A DNA stretch of 64,000 nt, taken from assembly GCF_009914755.1 (NCBI RefSeq), contig NC_060940.1; one strand, 5' to 3'. This document shows positions 43,771-58,309 of this stretch, piece after piece. Under the pieces are notes generated by a model. The model had not been told where the DNA came from, searched no databases, and saw nothing but the letters and a program-made list of their open reading frames with translations. The translations under genes were made by a program, and so were the position numbers. The stretch's first letter is position 1, and the number at the start of each line of letters is the position of its first letter. The stretch is from the human T2T-CHM13v2.0 reference genome, Homo sapiens.

Positions 43771-44286
43771 TGTATTAGTTTCCCATGGCTGCTGTAATAA
43801 ATGATCACATTCTTAGTGGCTTGAAAGAATATGGATTTAGTATCTTACAGTTCTGGAGGTCAGAAGTCCTAAGTGGGTCTAACTGGGCTAACATCACGAG
43901 GTAGGCAGCAATAAGAAACTAATCTTTTGGTGGCTTTGGGTACAGTCCCTTTCCTTGCCTTTTATAGCCACTAGAGGCCTCCTGCATGCCTTGGCTCGTG
44001 GCCCCTTCTTCCATCTTCAAAGCCAGCATTGGTGAGTTGAGTCCTTTTTCACATCATGTCACTCCATTCTTCTGCCTCCCTCTTCTAGGTTTTAAGGAGA
44101 CTTGTGACTACATTGGGCCCACAGAGATAATCCAGAATAGTCTCCCTATTTTGAGGTCAGATGATTAGTAACTTTAATTCCACCTATTCCCTTAATTCCC
44201 TGTTGCCCTGTAAGGTAAAATATATTCACAGGTTCCAGGTATCATGACATGCACATCTTTAAGAGGCTGCTATTCTGCAGATCACA
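43771..44286 (-). mobile_element. MLT1C/D MaLR solo LTR inside a MIR
   Basis: tgtattagtttccc...cttacagttctggaggtcagaagtcc...tattctgcagatcaca; near-TSD tattg/tatca. Confidence 0.9.
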
Positions 44287-44809
44287 TATCATCATCTCCA
44301 CTCTTCTGAGTGTAGCAGCAAGCAGTCTTTTAGGTTAATGTGCTACAGCTATAGAAAGTTGAAACCAAGATTTGAACCATGATGCTTTTGGCTCCAAAGT
44401 CAGCAGGTTCTAAAAGGTAAACCTTGGTCCCCAATTAATGATCAAAGGCAGTGGGAAAAATCTAACATTCTGATGACTTTGTAGATCAATGAGTTTTGTT
44501 TCACAAGTCTAATGCATTACGTTACCATATTGATCTTTACTCTTCAGATTCTGAACACACCTGTGAAAGCAGGGTTTACTGTTCTTTTGACAACCTGCCA
44601 TCTCTAATTAGCTCCAGGGCCCCTTAGTGCAGTAAACAAATCCGCTGAATGACTCAGTCCTCTTTCTCTTTTCTTATTGTTGGATCCGTTAAGCTGTACA
44701 AATGTAGTCTATGGTGGAGGGAGGGGTGAGAGCAGAGGGGAAGAGAAGGGGTGCACAGTTGGTCACTACATTATCCTGCTTCTGCTCCAAGAATAAAAGC
44801 AAAACTTAA

Positions 44810-45170
44810 AAAAAGTATTGATTCATATGGTTTGTTCATATGTATGGGAAGCATGTGATATTTTGGTACATCCCATGCATGTGCAATGGTCAAGTTAGGG
44901 TATTTAAGATATTCATCGCTTTGAACATTGATCAATTCTTTCTGTTGGCAACTTTTCAAATCTTCTTTTCTAGCTATTCTTAAATATATAATACATTACT
45001 GTTAACTATTGTCACCTTACTGTGCTGTGGAACATTAAAACTCACTTCTCCTATCTAACTGTAGGTTTGCACCCATTAACCGATTTGTCTTCATTTCCCA
45101 CTCCACCCCCACACCCTTCCCAGCCTTAGTCACCATAACCCTATTCTCTTACATCTATGATACCCACTTA
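44810..45170 (-). mobile_element. L1MA 3' end
   Basis: catgtgatattttggtacat...tgttaactattgtcaccttactgtgctgtggaaca...ctatctaactgt. Confidence 0.85.
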
Positions 45171-45441
45171 TGAACTCCTTTCTCCTGGTCCATGAAGTCT
45201 TTAAAAGCTATTTCGTCAGAAGAAGATTTGTCTGACCCCCTTCCCTATGTAAATGCAGCACATTGTCATACTCTCTCAACACACTCTTATTTCTCTTTAT
45301 AGAGGTCACCAGATTTTTAACTCCTTTACAGGATTTTCTACTTTTTTATAGGGTGAGCGGTCTATATCTATTTTATTGTCACTTTATCCTTTCACTCCTC
45401 AACTGACTACATGGTAGGTATTCAAAAAAAACATTTGTTGA

Positions 45442-45750
45442 GGCCGAGTGTCATGGCTCACGCCTGTAATCCCAGGACTTTTGAAGGCTGAGGCAGGCGG
45501 ATCACCTGAGGTCATGAGTTCGAGACCAGCCTGGCCAACATGGGGAAACCCCATCTTTACTAAAAATATAAAAATTAGCCAGGTGTGGTGTCAGGAGCCT
45601 GGAATCCCAGCTACCTGGGAGACCGAGGCTGGGAGAATTGCTTGAACCTGGGAGTTGGAGGTTGCAGAGAGCCAAGATTGCGCCACTGCACTCCACCCTG
45701 TATGACACAGTGAGACTCTGTCTCAAAAAAACAAAACAAAACAAAACAAA
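45442..45750 (+). mobile_element. AluS inserted in an L2 3' end
   Basis: full dimer, (AAAAC) tail; TSD ttgttga. Confidence 0.95.
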
Positions 45751-45814
45751 TTGTTGAATAAATGGTCCTCTAGTGTTTTAATGGCTTTTACTTTTGCTTC
45801 TGCTACTGGTCCTT

Positions 45815-45940
45815 ATTCATCCATCTACCTCCCCATCTATCTGTCCATCTACCCATGCATCTATGTGTCTGTCCATTCATCCACTCATTCCTCCATCTAT
45901 CTACCTACCTGTTCAGACATCCACCTATCCATCCGTCCTC
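45815..45940. repeat. degenerate (CCAT/CTAT)n repeat
   Basis: seen directly. Confidence 0.85.
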
Positions 45941-46071
45941 CTTGAAGACATACTTAAGAGTACCTAGCAATCCTTCTGGAGTTCCACATTCTCCTCTCTA
46001 TTTTCTTCAGCCTGAAGTCCCAACTGGTACATGGGCTTGGTGTGAGGGAACTAATAAATGCTTATCATGAG

Positions 46072-46290
46072 AATAATAAAAGCTAAGATTTATTTATTGA
46101 GTGCTAGTCACATGGCAGCCAAGCTCTAAATGCTTCACATGCATTAAGTTAGTAAGTGTAGGAAGCCCTCTGCAGTAGGCATTTGTAATATCCCCACCCT
46201 GAGGATGGTGAAACTGAGAGACAGCAACCATGGGAACACAGGGAGTAAGGCTGGGATGAATCCCTGGCAAGCGAACTGTTAATTCTATGT
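46072..46290 (-). mobile_element. MIR SINE
   Basis: aataataaaagctaagatttatttattgagtgct...gatggtgaaactgag. Confidence 0.8.
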
Positions 46291-46437
46291 CTCCTACCTT
46301 CTTGTTTTCCCTAGCCTGCTGCAAGTCCAGCTTAAAGGAAGGAAAGTTCTAATAAATTGAAAATGTTAACTCTGTGGACTAGACATCTTCACGTGCTTCG
46401 TGTTCAACATGTTATAACTTCACCATAATACAAATTA

Positions 46438-46812
46438 CCATCATGAGTTTATTTTTGTATATGGTGTAAGGAAGAGGTCCAGTTACAGTCTTCTGCATAT
46501 GGCTAGTCAGTTATCCCAGTACCATTTATTGAATAGGGAATCCTTTCCCCATTGCTTATTTTTGTCAACTTTGTCGAAGATCAGATGGTTATTGGTGTGT
46601 GGCATTATTTCTGGGCCCTCTGTTCTGTTCCATTGGTCTTTGTGTCTGTTTTTGTATCAGTAGTGCCATGCTGTTTTGGTTACTGTAGCCTTGTAGTATA
46701 GTTTGAAGTTGGGTAACTTGATGGTTAGAATGTTCTATTTGCTTAGGATTGCCTTGACTATTCAGGCTCTTTTTTGGTTCTATATGAATTTAAAAATAGT
46801 GTTTTTTAATTC
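46438..46812 (-). mobile_element. L1P (old L1PA/L1PB) ORF2 fragment, inverted
   Basis: tttttgtatatggtgtaaggaag...ccatgctgttttggttactgtagccttgtagtatagtttgaagt. Confidence 0.93.
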
Positions 46813-46972
46813 CTATGGTGGGAAGAAAGTGTGGATAAAAAACTGCCTATCAGATGCTATGTTTATCACCTGGGTGACAGAATAATCTATACACCAAAAC
46901 CATGTGAGATGCAATTTACCTGTATGACAAACCTGCACATGTACCACTGACCCTAAAATAAAAGTTTAAAAA
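46813..46972 (+). mobile_element. L1P (old L1PA/L1PB) 3' terminus
   Basis: cctgggtgacagaataatctatacacc...aaacctgcacatgtacc...ctaaaataaaagttt. Confidence 0.9.
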
Positions 46973-47185
46973 TATTACCCTTTTGTTTGCTTCATTTTGC
47001 AAGAAAACTGGTTGGCTATCCCCAAAAAGATGCAATTACTGTCATCTTCACTGAGTGGTCTGTAGGTAAACAAGCATCTGGAGATGAGTTTAAGTCCTCA
47101 TGGTTTAGGATTTTAATATATACTAATTAAAACGAGCAACATGTTATTATTCAATAAAGAATAGAAGCAATTGATTTTAAATCAT

Positions 47186-47320
47186 AGCCAGGTGCAGTGG
47201 CTCGCACCTGTAGGCACATCTACTTGGAAGGTTGAGGTGGGAAGATCTCTTGAGACCAAGAATTCAAGGTCAGCCTAGGTATAGTGAGACGCCATCTCTT
47301 AAAAAATTAATAATAATAAA
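47186..47320 (+). mobile_element. FLAM monomer
   Basis: single Alu monomer; TSD aaatcata. Confidence 0.85.
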
Positions 47321-47514
47321 ATCATAGTATATAATCATGCTTAGAGTAAAGATCTGGAAGGATACTCAATATACTAGGATTTCCAGGTTAGAGGGGCAAT
47401 GGGGGTTAAGGATAGTGATCACATGCAACTTTAATCTTGTCTACAATTTTTCTAACAAAAGGTATTTATGTATTGTGTAATTAAGGGCATGGGACGGTCT
47501 GTGAATTCTGTAAT

Positions 47515-47813
47515 CTTTTCCTTTTCTTTTCTTGCAGCACAGTCTCACTCTGTCACCCAGGCTAGAGTGCAGTGGCTCAAGTGTAGCTCCCTGAAGCCTT
47601 AACCTCCTAGGCTCAAGCGATCCTTTCTCCTCAGCCTCCTAAATAGCTGGGACCACAGGTGCATTCCAGCATGCCCCACTCATTTTTTTTTTTGTAAAGA
47701 TGGGGGTCTCACTGTGTTGCCCAGGCTGATCTCAAACTCCTAGGCTCAAGTAATTCTCCCTCCTCCGCCTCCCAAAGTTCTGAGATTACAGACTGGAGCC
47801 CCTGTGCCCTGCC
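47515..47813 (-). mobile_element. AluJ
   Basis: cctcctaggctcaagcgatcc; both arms. Confidence 0.92.
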
Positions 47814-48489
47814 TGTATATTGTTTGAGAAGTCATATTCTTCCTCTTCTGCCCGCCCCTGCTGGCTTTCGCAAAAGAGAAATCATGCCGCTTTTTTAGGT
47901 AATCTGTGTTCTGTGGAGGGTTTCTAATTTACTTTTAAAATTAGTGGTCCTCGACATGACTTGTCCCAGTTTTGCCATTGAAAAGACCCCAAATGTGCAT
48001 GAGAAACCTACTGTGAAATAGATTTCCAGTTTTGACCTGAGCTTTGTCCCAAGGACTCATCTGTGTCAGAGGAGGAGATCCTCCCAAAATGTGCTTTCCA
48101 TGGATGAGGAAGACCAGCCATTTCCCTTTGACGGCCTCCTTGCATTTTATCATTCCCTGAGCCACCGTTCCAAAGGAAGAGAGACCATTGGGGAAATGAT
48201 TTTGAGAAGAGGTCTATCAACTATTCCATTTCTTTTGAACCCCAGGTGGCACTTCTCAGCAACAAGGAGGCATTTAGGCAAAGAGGGAACAGTTTCTATG
48301 TAAAACCTAAAACGCTTGGACTCACAGAGAAAGGCAGAATTAATCACTCTCTAAAGTCACCAAGAGAGAAACTGACATGCTCACTAGACATTAGAATACC
48401 AACAGTAGCAAGCATTCCACTGGAAGCTTGAAAGGAGTTATTTTAGGAGAAATAAAAGAAAGGGCTAGTTTTGAAGCAGGTAGGTCATA

Positions 48490-49081
<592 letters not shown>

Positions 49082-50841
49082 TTAATAAAGTTTAAATAAA
49101 CAGGTGGATTTGGAATTCCTTTCCAAGTAAAACATTTAAAGTAACTTTGAGGGTGAATATACAAATAAGTGAAGTCAAGATGCTAAATCCTTCATGGGTT
49201 TGTAAGTGACCAGGGGATATTTAGGACATCTCCCTTATTTCTAAGAGTAGGAGCTCATGAAACTCCAACACCTCACTCTTTTTACGGCCTGTGTCTGTGC
49301 ACTTTCTGTGGAGCTGATTGGACCCTTGGGGGATGGCCTTGCAGGTCAGACAGTCCCAGCATCTTCTTTTCACTCTTTCTCTTTCAGTTTCTGGGTTTTC
49401 ACAGCCAAGGGAAAGGTAGGCAGAACTGGAAGCAAGTGGAAATGCTCGGTCTGCCATTCATCTAGGAAGGCAGACGCCTCTAACAAGTTTGAACCTGATA
49501 AAGCCTCTGCCTGTGCAAAGAACTTGGGAAGCAGCCAGCACCGTGCTTTTTTACCTCTGATTAGTTCTTCTTCCATTCTCTCTTCTGCGATGGAAAGAAA
49601 AAGAAAAAAAAAAAAAGACATGGAGTTGAGACAGCAGAGAAAGTCCAAAACTGGGTAATTCAGAGGGGCAGGCTAATGACCCACCTGAGTCTGGGATCGT
49701 TACCAACAGTGCCTGGTTTTCACTGTGACAAATATGAAGGTGGGCCCACAGTTAGTGAGAGAGTTGCCTTGTCTATCTCCTGGCGTGCCTTCCCACAGGC
49801 TCCCAGTGGAGTCTGGTCATCAGTCTTCTCCCTTTGGAGCTTGGGCCCAGATCTCAGCCACCCAGGCCACGATGGGGAAGAGCCTGGCCTGCCCCAAAGG
49901 TGGCCCTTTCAGAGTTTAAGACGATGGAGATACAATGGAAGTCTCATCATGTGTCACTTTGCCTTTGACTCCGTGTTGCCATGGAAACAGAACATGGCTT
50001 GTTCATGGTAAACGACCTTGTCATTGATTTTTGTATATGCTCTTAATTATTGTGGCATAGTTATTTATAACCTGATGGGGAAGGAAATCCCAGGAGAAGA
50101 GCATTGTCCTGCTGAATTATTCCATAGTGGGAAGGAGAAAAGTTCTGTCCCCAAGAAAAGAGGAGAAAAGGAAAGGAAATGAAGATGAAATTTTCAAATA
50201 TAAATAAGTCCTTCAGGAAAATCGTTCCCCAGATGCATTATTGCATTATTTAGGACCATGTGCACCCCACTATGTTTGCTCTCGACATTTATTTTGGGGG
50301 GTTTTGTGTAGCCGTGACAGCATTTCCTCACATCTCTTTAGGACTGCTGATGCCCTGCATATCCCCTGTAGAACTTTGCGGATAGTTCATATTTTAGCAA
50401 TGATTTTGGAATTCCTGGCTGAAATAAGAGGCTTTGTGAATTCTCTACTCCTATGATGGCCTTTGAGGAAATTCTGGATCTTTGGTTTGGAAGTTTTGGG
50501 ATTCTGTGAACCAACACTTTCTTTTCATTGGGTTTGATACAGTGGCATCAATCTTACAGTTTATCATGTACCGATGTTTAAAACTCTAACCATTGGTTAT
50601 CTGGTTACCATCATTGTCACTACGAAATAAAGGATTAGAGCTATAAAAATACTAAAATAGATAATACCCTTGATTATCTACCCTGTGTCAAATACATGAA
50701 CCCAACTGCTCAAACTGTCATTCATTGGCCAGGTCATCAGCCTCCGCTGGGAAGGAGTTGGCACTGCCAAGTCCCAGACCCTTCCTCAGACCTACTGAAC
50801 CACCTGTTGCATTTTAATGACGGCTCACCCCTCTGCACTCC

Positions 50842-51204
50842 TGGTATGGTTTGGCTGTGTCCCACCCAAATCTTATCTTGAATTGTAGCTCCCATAATTC
50901 CCATGTGTTGTGTGAGGGACTTCGTGGGAGATAACTGAATCATGGGGGTGGTTTCCCCCATACTGTTGTCATGGCGGTGAGTAAGTCTTACTAGATCTGA
51001 TGGTTTGATAAGGGGAAATCGCTTTCACTTCGTTCTTATATTCTTTCCTGTCTGCTGCCATGTAAGACGTGACTTTCGCTTTCTGCCATGATTGTGAGGC
51101 CTCCGTAGCCATGTGGAACTGTGAGTCCATTAAACTTCTTTTTGTTTATAAATTACTCAGTCTCATGTATGTCTTTATCAGCAGCATAAAAACAGACTAA
51201 CATA
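50842..51204 (+). mobile_element. THE1 (THE1B/C) MaLR solo LTR
   Basis: tggtatggtttggctgtgtccccacccaaatc...aaaacagactaacata; 5-bp near-TSD actcc/acccc. Confidence 0.95.
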
Positions 51205-51269
51205 ACCCCCCTTTCTTCCTACCCCTGTGATTTGGGTGGATATTAAAATTTTGCAAGCCGCCACTCTAG

Positions 51270-51462
51270 AGAAGTACCACTCAAACCATGGTCTGCAGAC
51301 TACCAGCATTAGCAAGGCCTGGGAGTTTGTGAGAGATGCAGATTCTTGGTGCCCATCCAAACCTACAGAAGCAGAATCTCTGGTGGCAGGAACCAGCAAT
51401 CTGTGCTTTCAACAAGCTCTCTGAGTGCTTCTTCTGAATGTTAAAGTATAAGAACCTCTGCT
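51270..51462. mobile_element. MER5A
   Basis: cctgggagtttgtgagagatgcagattctt...gcaatctgtgctttcaacaagctctc. Confidence 0.8.
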
Positions 51463-51469
51463 GCACAGG

Positions 51470-51630
51470 GAGACCTCACTTTCATTATTCTCATTTCACA
51501 GATGAGAAAAATGAGTCAGTAGGAGGAAAAGTGATTGACTCAAGTGCTTAATAAGTGTCTAAGCTAGGATTTGACCCTAGGGCTTGTGAATCTGGAGCCC
51601 ATAGACTCAACTCCTGTGCTATACTGCCTC
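51470..51630 (-). mobile_element. MIR SINE
   Basis: ctcatttcacagatgagaaaaatgag...ggatttgacccta. Confidence 0.75.
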
Positions 51631-53371
51631 TGTGTCTTTGGTCTGTGTTCTCTTCTTTTTTTTTTTTTCTTACCACCCTCCAAAATTCTTATTTATTTAT
51701 TTTCTATCACCGTACTTACTGGTGGAGTGGAAGTCCCTTGGAAGTGGGGGACGTGTCTGATTTGTGCATGGCTATTTTGCGATTTGCCATTGCTGGAATA
51801 TTTAGCAAGCATCAATGAGTCCTGGAGGGCTTTTAAACCATAGATGATCAGGGCCCCTGCTTGGTCTAGGATGGAGCCTGCAATTTTGCATTTGTGACAA
51901 GCTCCCACGGATGCTGGTGCTCGCTTGGCATAGCAAGGGGTTATGCTATTTTTCAAAGGCAAGAGAAGTGTGCATGTACTTGAGAGGAGAAGGGGTCGGT
52001 CACCATTTACTTTGTGCCTCTTGCTACCCTTCGTTGCCTGGAGTTCTACACACTTTGCAAACTTTACCTCATTAATCTTCCCCACCCTGGGAGGGCCTGT
52101 GTGACAGGCACTGGTACCTTTATTTCACAGATGGAGAGGCAGCAGTGCCAAGGGGCTGTGACAGGCCCAAGGTCACCTGGCAAGTCCCTTGCATGGACCC
52201 AGAATAGAAACGCCACCGCCTGCCACAAACCCCTCTCCTCTGGCTCCTGTGAACCTTTGAGCCCCCAAGCCTGTTAAGCCTCTTCCTGTCCTCTCTATCA
52301 ATGCCCACTTGCACTGCCTCCTAAATTAGCTTTGTGTCTTTAACCCCAGCCTCGGGAGGCCCAGGTTCAAGGTTAGCACTAAGCACCTTTTGAGTTCCTT
52401 GTAAGTTGGACGCTGGAATAATTCTAAGTCAAGAGCAATTAATTATAGAAGCATTAGTCCTGCAGAAACCCTGCTTCAGTCTTTTGTTTCTGGCTGCTGC
52501 CAAGGGCCATGCACATTCTCTGTATTATCTTTCTCTGCATGCCTTCAGAGTTTATACATTCATTTCCACCAAAAAGCTCATCATCTGAGACCCTTACTAC
52601 GGGTACAGATGTCCAGACACCACATCCAGCTAAAAATCCAGAATCAATCACTGTTTTACTAACAAGTTCCTCAGGGGACTCTGAGACACACCCATCCCGG
52701 AAAATTCCTAAGTGGAGCCAGGTGCATCAGTTTCCAGGAGCACTAAGTGTCCAACCCTGATTGGCTGGTAAATAATTGGGAGGGATGTGGCTTGGGTTGA
52801 GGGATGTGGCTTCGTTGAAGGACGGCCTGGACTGCACTTCGTAAGCCACCTTCTGTAGTTCTGATACTATTAATTCATGATTCATATCAACAGAGGATGG
52901 GCTGGGTAGTCGAGTTCCTGGTTCTTTATTAGGCAGAGAATGTTTCTCCATCTGGTTGAGAGTCTGTCATGTTGTATGAGTCCAAGGGGCGACACATTTT
53001 AGAATTTGAAAATAGGTCGAACCCGATTTGCTTTCTTTATTAGGCAGCACTCACCTGGGGGAATGGATAACTCCATTTGGTTCAGTCAAAATGAAAATTG
53101 GCCAAAGAAAGTGTTAAGAGGGCCTGCCATTTGTGTAAGTTGAGCCATAAACATTGGCCTGCTTTTTAGCTTGTGGTTCATTGGTGTATAGATGATTTCA
53201 TGATGACGTCAGTAAAGGGTCTATGAGAACACAAACTACACCGAAATTGACATCTGATAGGGTCCTGTTGTCTATGTAGCCACAGGAGGTTAGTTCTGAG
53301 TGTCTTCATGGTTAAAGAAGAATTCAGTCAATTGATTATGTGATTCTATTTTTATAAAATATCCAGAGGAA

Positions 53372-53575
53372 TTAAATCCATAGAGGCAGAATGCTGATTG
53401 CTGATTGCCAGGGTCTGAGGGGATGGGGAAGTGAGAGCAATTGCCTAATGGTTGTGGGGTTTTCTTTTGGTGTGATGAAAATATTTTGGAACTTGATAGA
53501 GGTAGTGGCTGTACAACAAGCTGTCACTGAAGTATTCACTTTAGCATAGTACATTTTGTGACTGTCACTTCACAA
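53372..53575 (+). mobile_element. L1MB 3' fragment
   Basis: aaatccatagaggcagaa...tgatgaaaatattttggaacttgatagaggt. Confidence 0.8.
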
Positions 53576-54002
53576 ACAGAGTCACAAACAAAATTCATGA
53601 CTGTCCTTGATTTTGAGAGGAGACTGTATACAGGAAAGTGCTCTGTGACTTTTACGAAATAAGACAAATAAAATAAACCCTAACCCAACTCCGGGCATCC
53701 TTCCCTTTTCTCAAAGACCTCACCCTAATTTAAGAGAACATGAATAACAAATATTTTACTTCCATATTAAAGGAGTTCTTTTCTCTGTATGTCATTTATC
53801 ATAGCAAACAATAAAATGGGTATGAATCATCATCTTTACAAGAAGGTGGTGTAACAGCCTCATTCTGAATCCAGGAGCCATCTCTAGATAAAACAAGATG
53901 CATGGAAGATGTGACTTAGGAATGTTGAGCACATATTATTCTTTTTATAAAATAGCAGAGTTGAATGTTGGGGATGCTCTAAAGTAGTCAACTTCAGCTT
54001 AA

Positions 54003-54355
<353 letters not shown>

Positions 54356-54499
54356 GGCTTATTGCTTTATTCTAATGTGATGCTTTGGTAGACCTGAGCT
54401 TCCTCCACACACTAAACACAAACCTTGCACTTAATAGACTTTGATTGAAGGTGCATTCAAAGTTCAAGATGATCAGTTTGGATTCTCTTTTTTTGTCAC

Positions 54500-54740
54500 A
54501 TAATAACGAATATTTATTGAGTTGCTATAGTAGGGTCCATACTTTCCATACATTGATCTATCTAACATTACAGCAACACCTTAATATAGAGACTATTATT
54601 GTTTCTGTGTTTTAAAAGAAGAATCCCGGTCCATCAATCTTAATTAACTTGCCCAGGTTAACAGTGTTTGTCAAAATAGCAAAGTTGGGATTTGAACCCT
54701 GGGTGGCCTGAACACCAAAGCCTGTACTGTTACCATCACC
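54500..54740 (-). mobile_element. MIR SINE
   Basis: tatttattgag...taacttgcccaggtta...gggatttgaaccc. Confidence 0.7.
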
Positions 54741-55375
54741 CTCTTATAGGAATGTTCCTTAAGTGTTCTTATGTGTAAGAAGAGTCTGAGATGAAGAGTT
54801 TCAGAGGGATGACTGTGTGGCCAATCTTCCCTACAGGCACAAAGGGATTTTTTTCCGTCTCGAAATTGTCAGCCTCCTATTCTAAAGGTACAGGTTCCTC
54901 CTATAGAGTTTTAGGGTCAGATGTCAGTTTTACCCCAAGTCCACCACTAGCTAGCAGTTTGACCTTTGCCAAGCTCCAAAAACCATCTGTGTCCATTTTC
55001 TTCCTCTGTAAAATGGGTATAATACTGACTTCTGAGAAAGGCTGTTACAAGCTTTCAAAGAAATGGTATTTATGAGAACATCTAAAGGCTGGAGTCTCCG
55101 GACCCACTCTCTCACTTTCCCCTTCTCTGTCCTCAAAACAGCATGCACCTTCAGTGGGTGTAGGCCTCTGGGTCTCCATCCTTTCCCCACCAAATAATCA
55201 CATGCAGACAGTTGTAAAAACCACAGAGCATTTTCCTGTACACGATGTCCTCATTCTGAACCAAGTCGTTAGCATCCATGTGTGGCTTTATTTTTTCTCA
55301 CAAGGCAGCCTGGAAAGAACAAATTTATTTGGGTGTGATGGTTTTGTATCTTCTACTTTTTAAATTATTATTATT

Positions 55376-55659
<284 letters not shown>

Positions 55660-57074
55660 TAAATTATTTTTATTGTCCTGGAACACTCCTACCCCTGCCC
55701 AAATCCTGCACATATCCACAGCTGCCCTTGCCCTCATCTGCCGGGGCAGCTGTAGTGGGAATCTGTGGGGCCAGATTGTCCGTTCCTGGGAGGTGATTAT
55801 TTGGCCAGTCCACGAATAGTGCACTGCAGTAGGCCTGGCTCTCGGAGGCCCAGGGTGGGAGCTGATTGCTTTGGCTTGATCACATTTCTTGAGAGTTTCA
55901 CATTCTAATAATTAAAACCCAAAATGGTGTGACTGTTGCATTGGCTGCATTTTGTTTCCTATGTGTGTAGCAGGGTGGTCTGATTTCCTTCCTTATAATT
56001 CAAGTATTCTGAACAGCAGTATGAGTTTCGGCCTGAAGGAATTTATTAGGGTAATCTTCCCTCTTTCAGCCAAAAAAAAAAAAAAAAAATGCACCCAGAA
56101 ATGCATTTAGTGGAAACCTCTAGTGACAAGCAATATTCTTTCTTCCTTTCTCCTTTCTTCCCTCTCACTATCTTTCCTTCTTAGAAAGAATGTTGTGACA
56201 TCATTAGGTCTGTAGTAAGAGTTTGTTAATTTTTCTAAGAAATTATCTTTAACACTGTATAAACCCAGTTTTTATTTCATATGATCAGATTTAAGTTGGT
56301 GCTTCAGTCTCTAAGTCTTACAACGGTGTCATTTGCAACAACATCAATCATTGAATTGCACGTCAACGGCTGAGGACATCTTTCTCTGCACAGGAAAAGT
56401 TTCCTTTCAGGCAGGTTGATCTGGATGTTAGTTTCAGGATAATTCTCTCTCTCTCTCCACCCTCCCACCCCTTCCAGCAGCTCACGCCATGTCTTCCCTC
56501 TCCCTCTCCTTTTATCTACCTCTCATTTTTATGTAAAGCATTGTCTTTCAGATAATATTGTTCCCTTGTGAATTTTATAGAACGGTTATTGAATCATTTT
56601 CGCCTCGATTTCCAAGTGTGTTACCTTTACCTTGACTTGGTGAATCACAGCTGTTAAACTGTGTCTCGTGATTTTCATTTTAGAGTAGGTCCTGGTTTTT
56701 ATTATAGAATATGCTCATCTTTTCTAAGCCTTGTGTCCTTGCTTGTAGGACAGGGTTGGGGTTGGAAGTAACTTGGGGTCATTTGGGGTTTTTTTTAGAA
56801 GAAAGTGATGGAGTCTGGGAATTTCTCTGCAGGCTTCTTAGAGTGTTCAGGGCCATTCTAATGCTTTCCCTTGGTTCAGTCTTGCAAGACTTTCATAATT
56901 GTGAGCAACCACAGTGTCTTCCCCTCTTTTGGACAATTAAGGGATTTAAAATATAGATCGAAGTTGGACACTTGTTGGTGATTTAGGAGATGAACAGTAG
57001 CACTGTGTGTCAGATATCTGAGAACATGCAATATTTGCTCAGTGGGTAGTGGGATAAGCCAGTTCCATCCAAGT

Positions 57075-57340
57075 CATGCAGCCTAAGAATGAAGAGGAGG
57101 CTTGGGGTCTGAACCCTGTGGGTTTAATTCTGTCTCTGACAGTTACCAGTTTTGTGACTGTGAGCTATTACTTTCATTCTGCAGTACTCATATGACAAAA
57201 GATGGGAGAAGTGATAATGGTATTCCCTTCATAAGTATTTTTGTGAAAGTTAAATTAGATGACATATGTAAGATATCTAACATATGTCTGATGTATCACG
57301 GTCACACAATAATATTATAACTTATTAAATTTATTATTAC
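57075..57340 (+). mobile_element. MIR SINE
   Basis: gtttaattctgtctctgacagttaccagttttgtgactgtgagc...gtgaaagttaaattagatga. Confidence 0.7.
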
Positions 57341-57750
57341 TGTTGTTGTCAGTCAGGCTAGGTTGATGCTGTAACAAACATCCCCCAACTTTTCAGGTAC
57401 TTAACAGCATCAAAGTTGATGCCTTATTCATACAAAGCCATGAACAAGTTTTCTAGATCAAGTGATAACAAGCAGATTCAGGCTCCTTCCATCTTGTGAC
57501 TCTGCTGTTTCCTGGCTTCAGTCACCCTTGAATCATCCAACCAAGAGACAGAAGCAAGAGCCACTGAGCTAAGGATCTGGGGGTGGGAAATGTGGAGGTC
57601 AAGTCTGGAGTGGACATTCCTCACTTCCACCTGCATGCCATTGGCCAGAACCAGTCATGTGACCTCCATTTCACCACAGAGTAGCATGGGAAAGAGTCTC
57701 CCTGGGGCCCTAGAAAGATGAAACAGGATTGGTGAGGTCCACCTGCCACA
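57341..57750 (-). mobile_element. MLT1I/J-like MaLR LTR
   Basis: caggctaggttgatgctgtaacaaac...ccattggccagaaccagtcatgtgacc...ctgccaca. Confidence 0.75.
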
Positions 57751-58024
57751 GGGTTACTTTTTGGTACCTGAAATTCCCCTTTTTTGCTCTGTTCCAATTT
57801 GGAAGAAACTTTTCTTTTGACTCTGGGCTATTACTTCGCCCTAGCCATTGGGGCTCAGCCTCTGTGGTCTCAGCTTATTGTCCTCTTCCTCTGTTCCCAG
57901 TTCTTGCCTTGACCCTAGAGAATTTCAACACTCTGGTCCTCAGCCTAGCAGGATTGTCCACTCTATCCTGAATAGCAACAGTCATAGCCTTCTAATTAGG
58001 GACATCATAGGTTTCTCCCAGTTG

Positions 58025-58026
<2 letters not shown>

Positions 58027-58057
<31 letters not shown>
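58027..58057. repeat. (AC)n microsatellite
   Basis: seen directly. Confidence 0.97.
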
Positions 58058-58059
<2 letters not shown>

Positions 58060-58309
58060 ATTATTTTTAATTGACAGACAATAATTGTATATGTTTGTAG
58101 GATACAATGTGATGTTTTGCTATCTGTATGCAATGGGCAGTGATTAATGGTTCCATTTAAAATACACTTCTTAAGTATAAGGAGAATATCCTTCATCAGT
58201 ACTCTTTATATTGCAATATTAAGGGAAACCTTTAGAACTTAAAGAATAAATACCTTCTTCCAAGAGTCAAGTGACACTATCTTGGAAATAAGGTAATATT
58301 CAAAGTAGG

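Noticed and set aside
49257-50011. Cluster of 90-133 aa ORFs in unique sequence
   Set aside because: No recognisable domain or supportable splice structure; overlapping ORFs on both strands fit chance in moderately GC-rich DNA.
50759-50771. TTGGCactGCCAA as an NFI site
   Set aside because: Spacer is 3 nt rather than 5, and it lies in a probable MER5-like relic.
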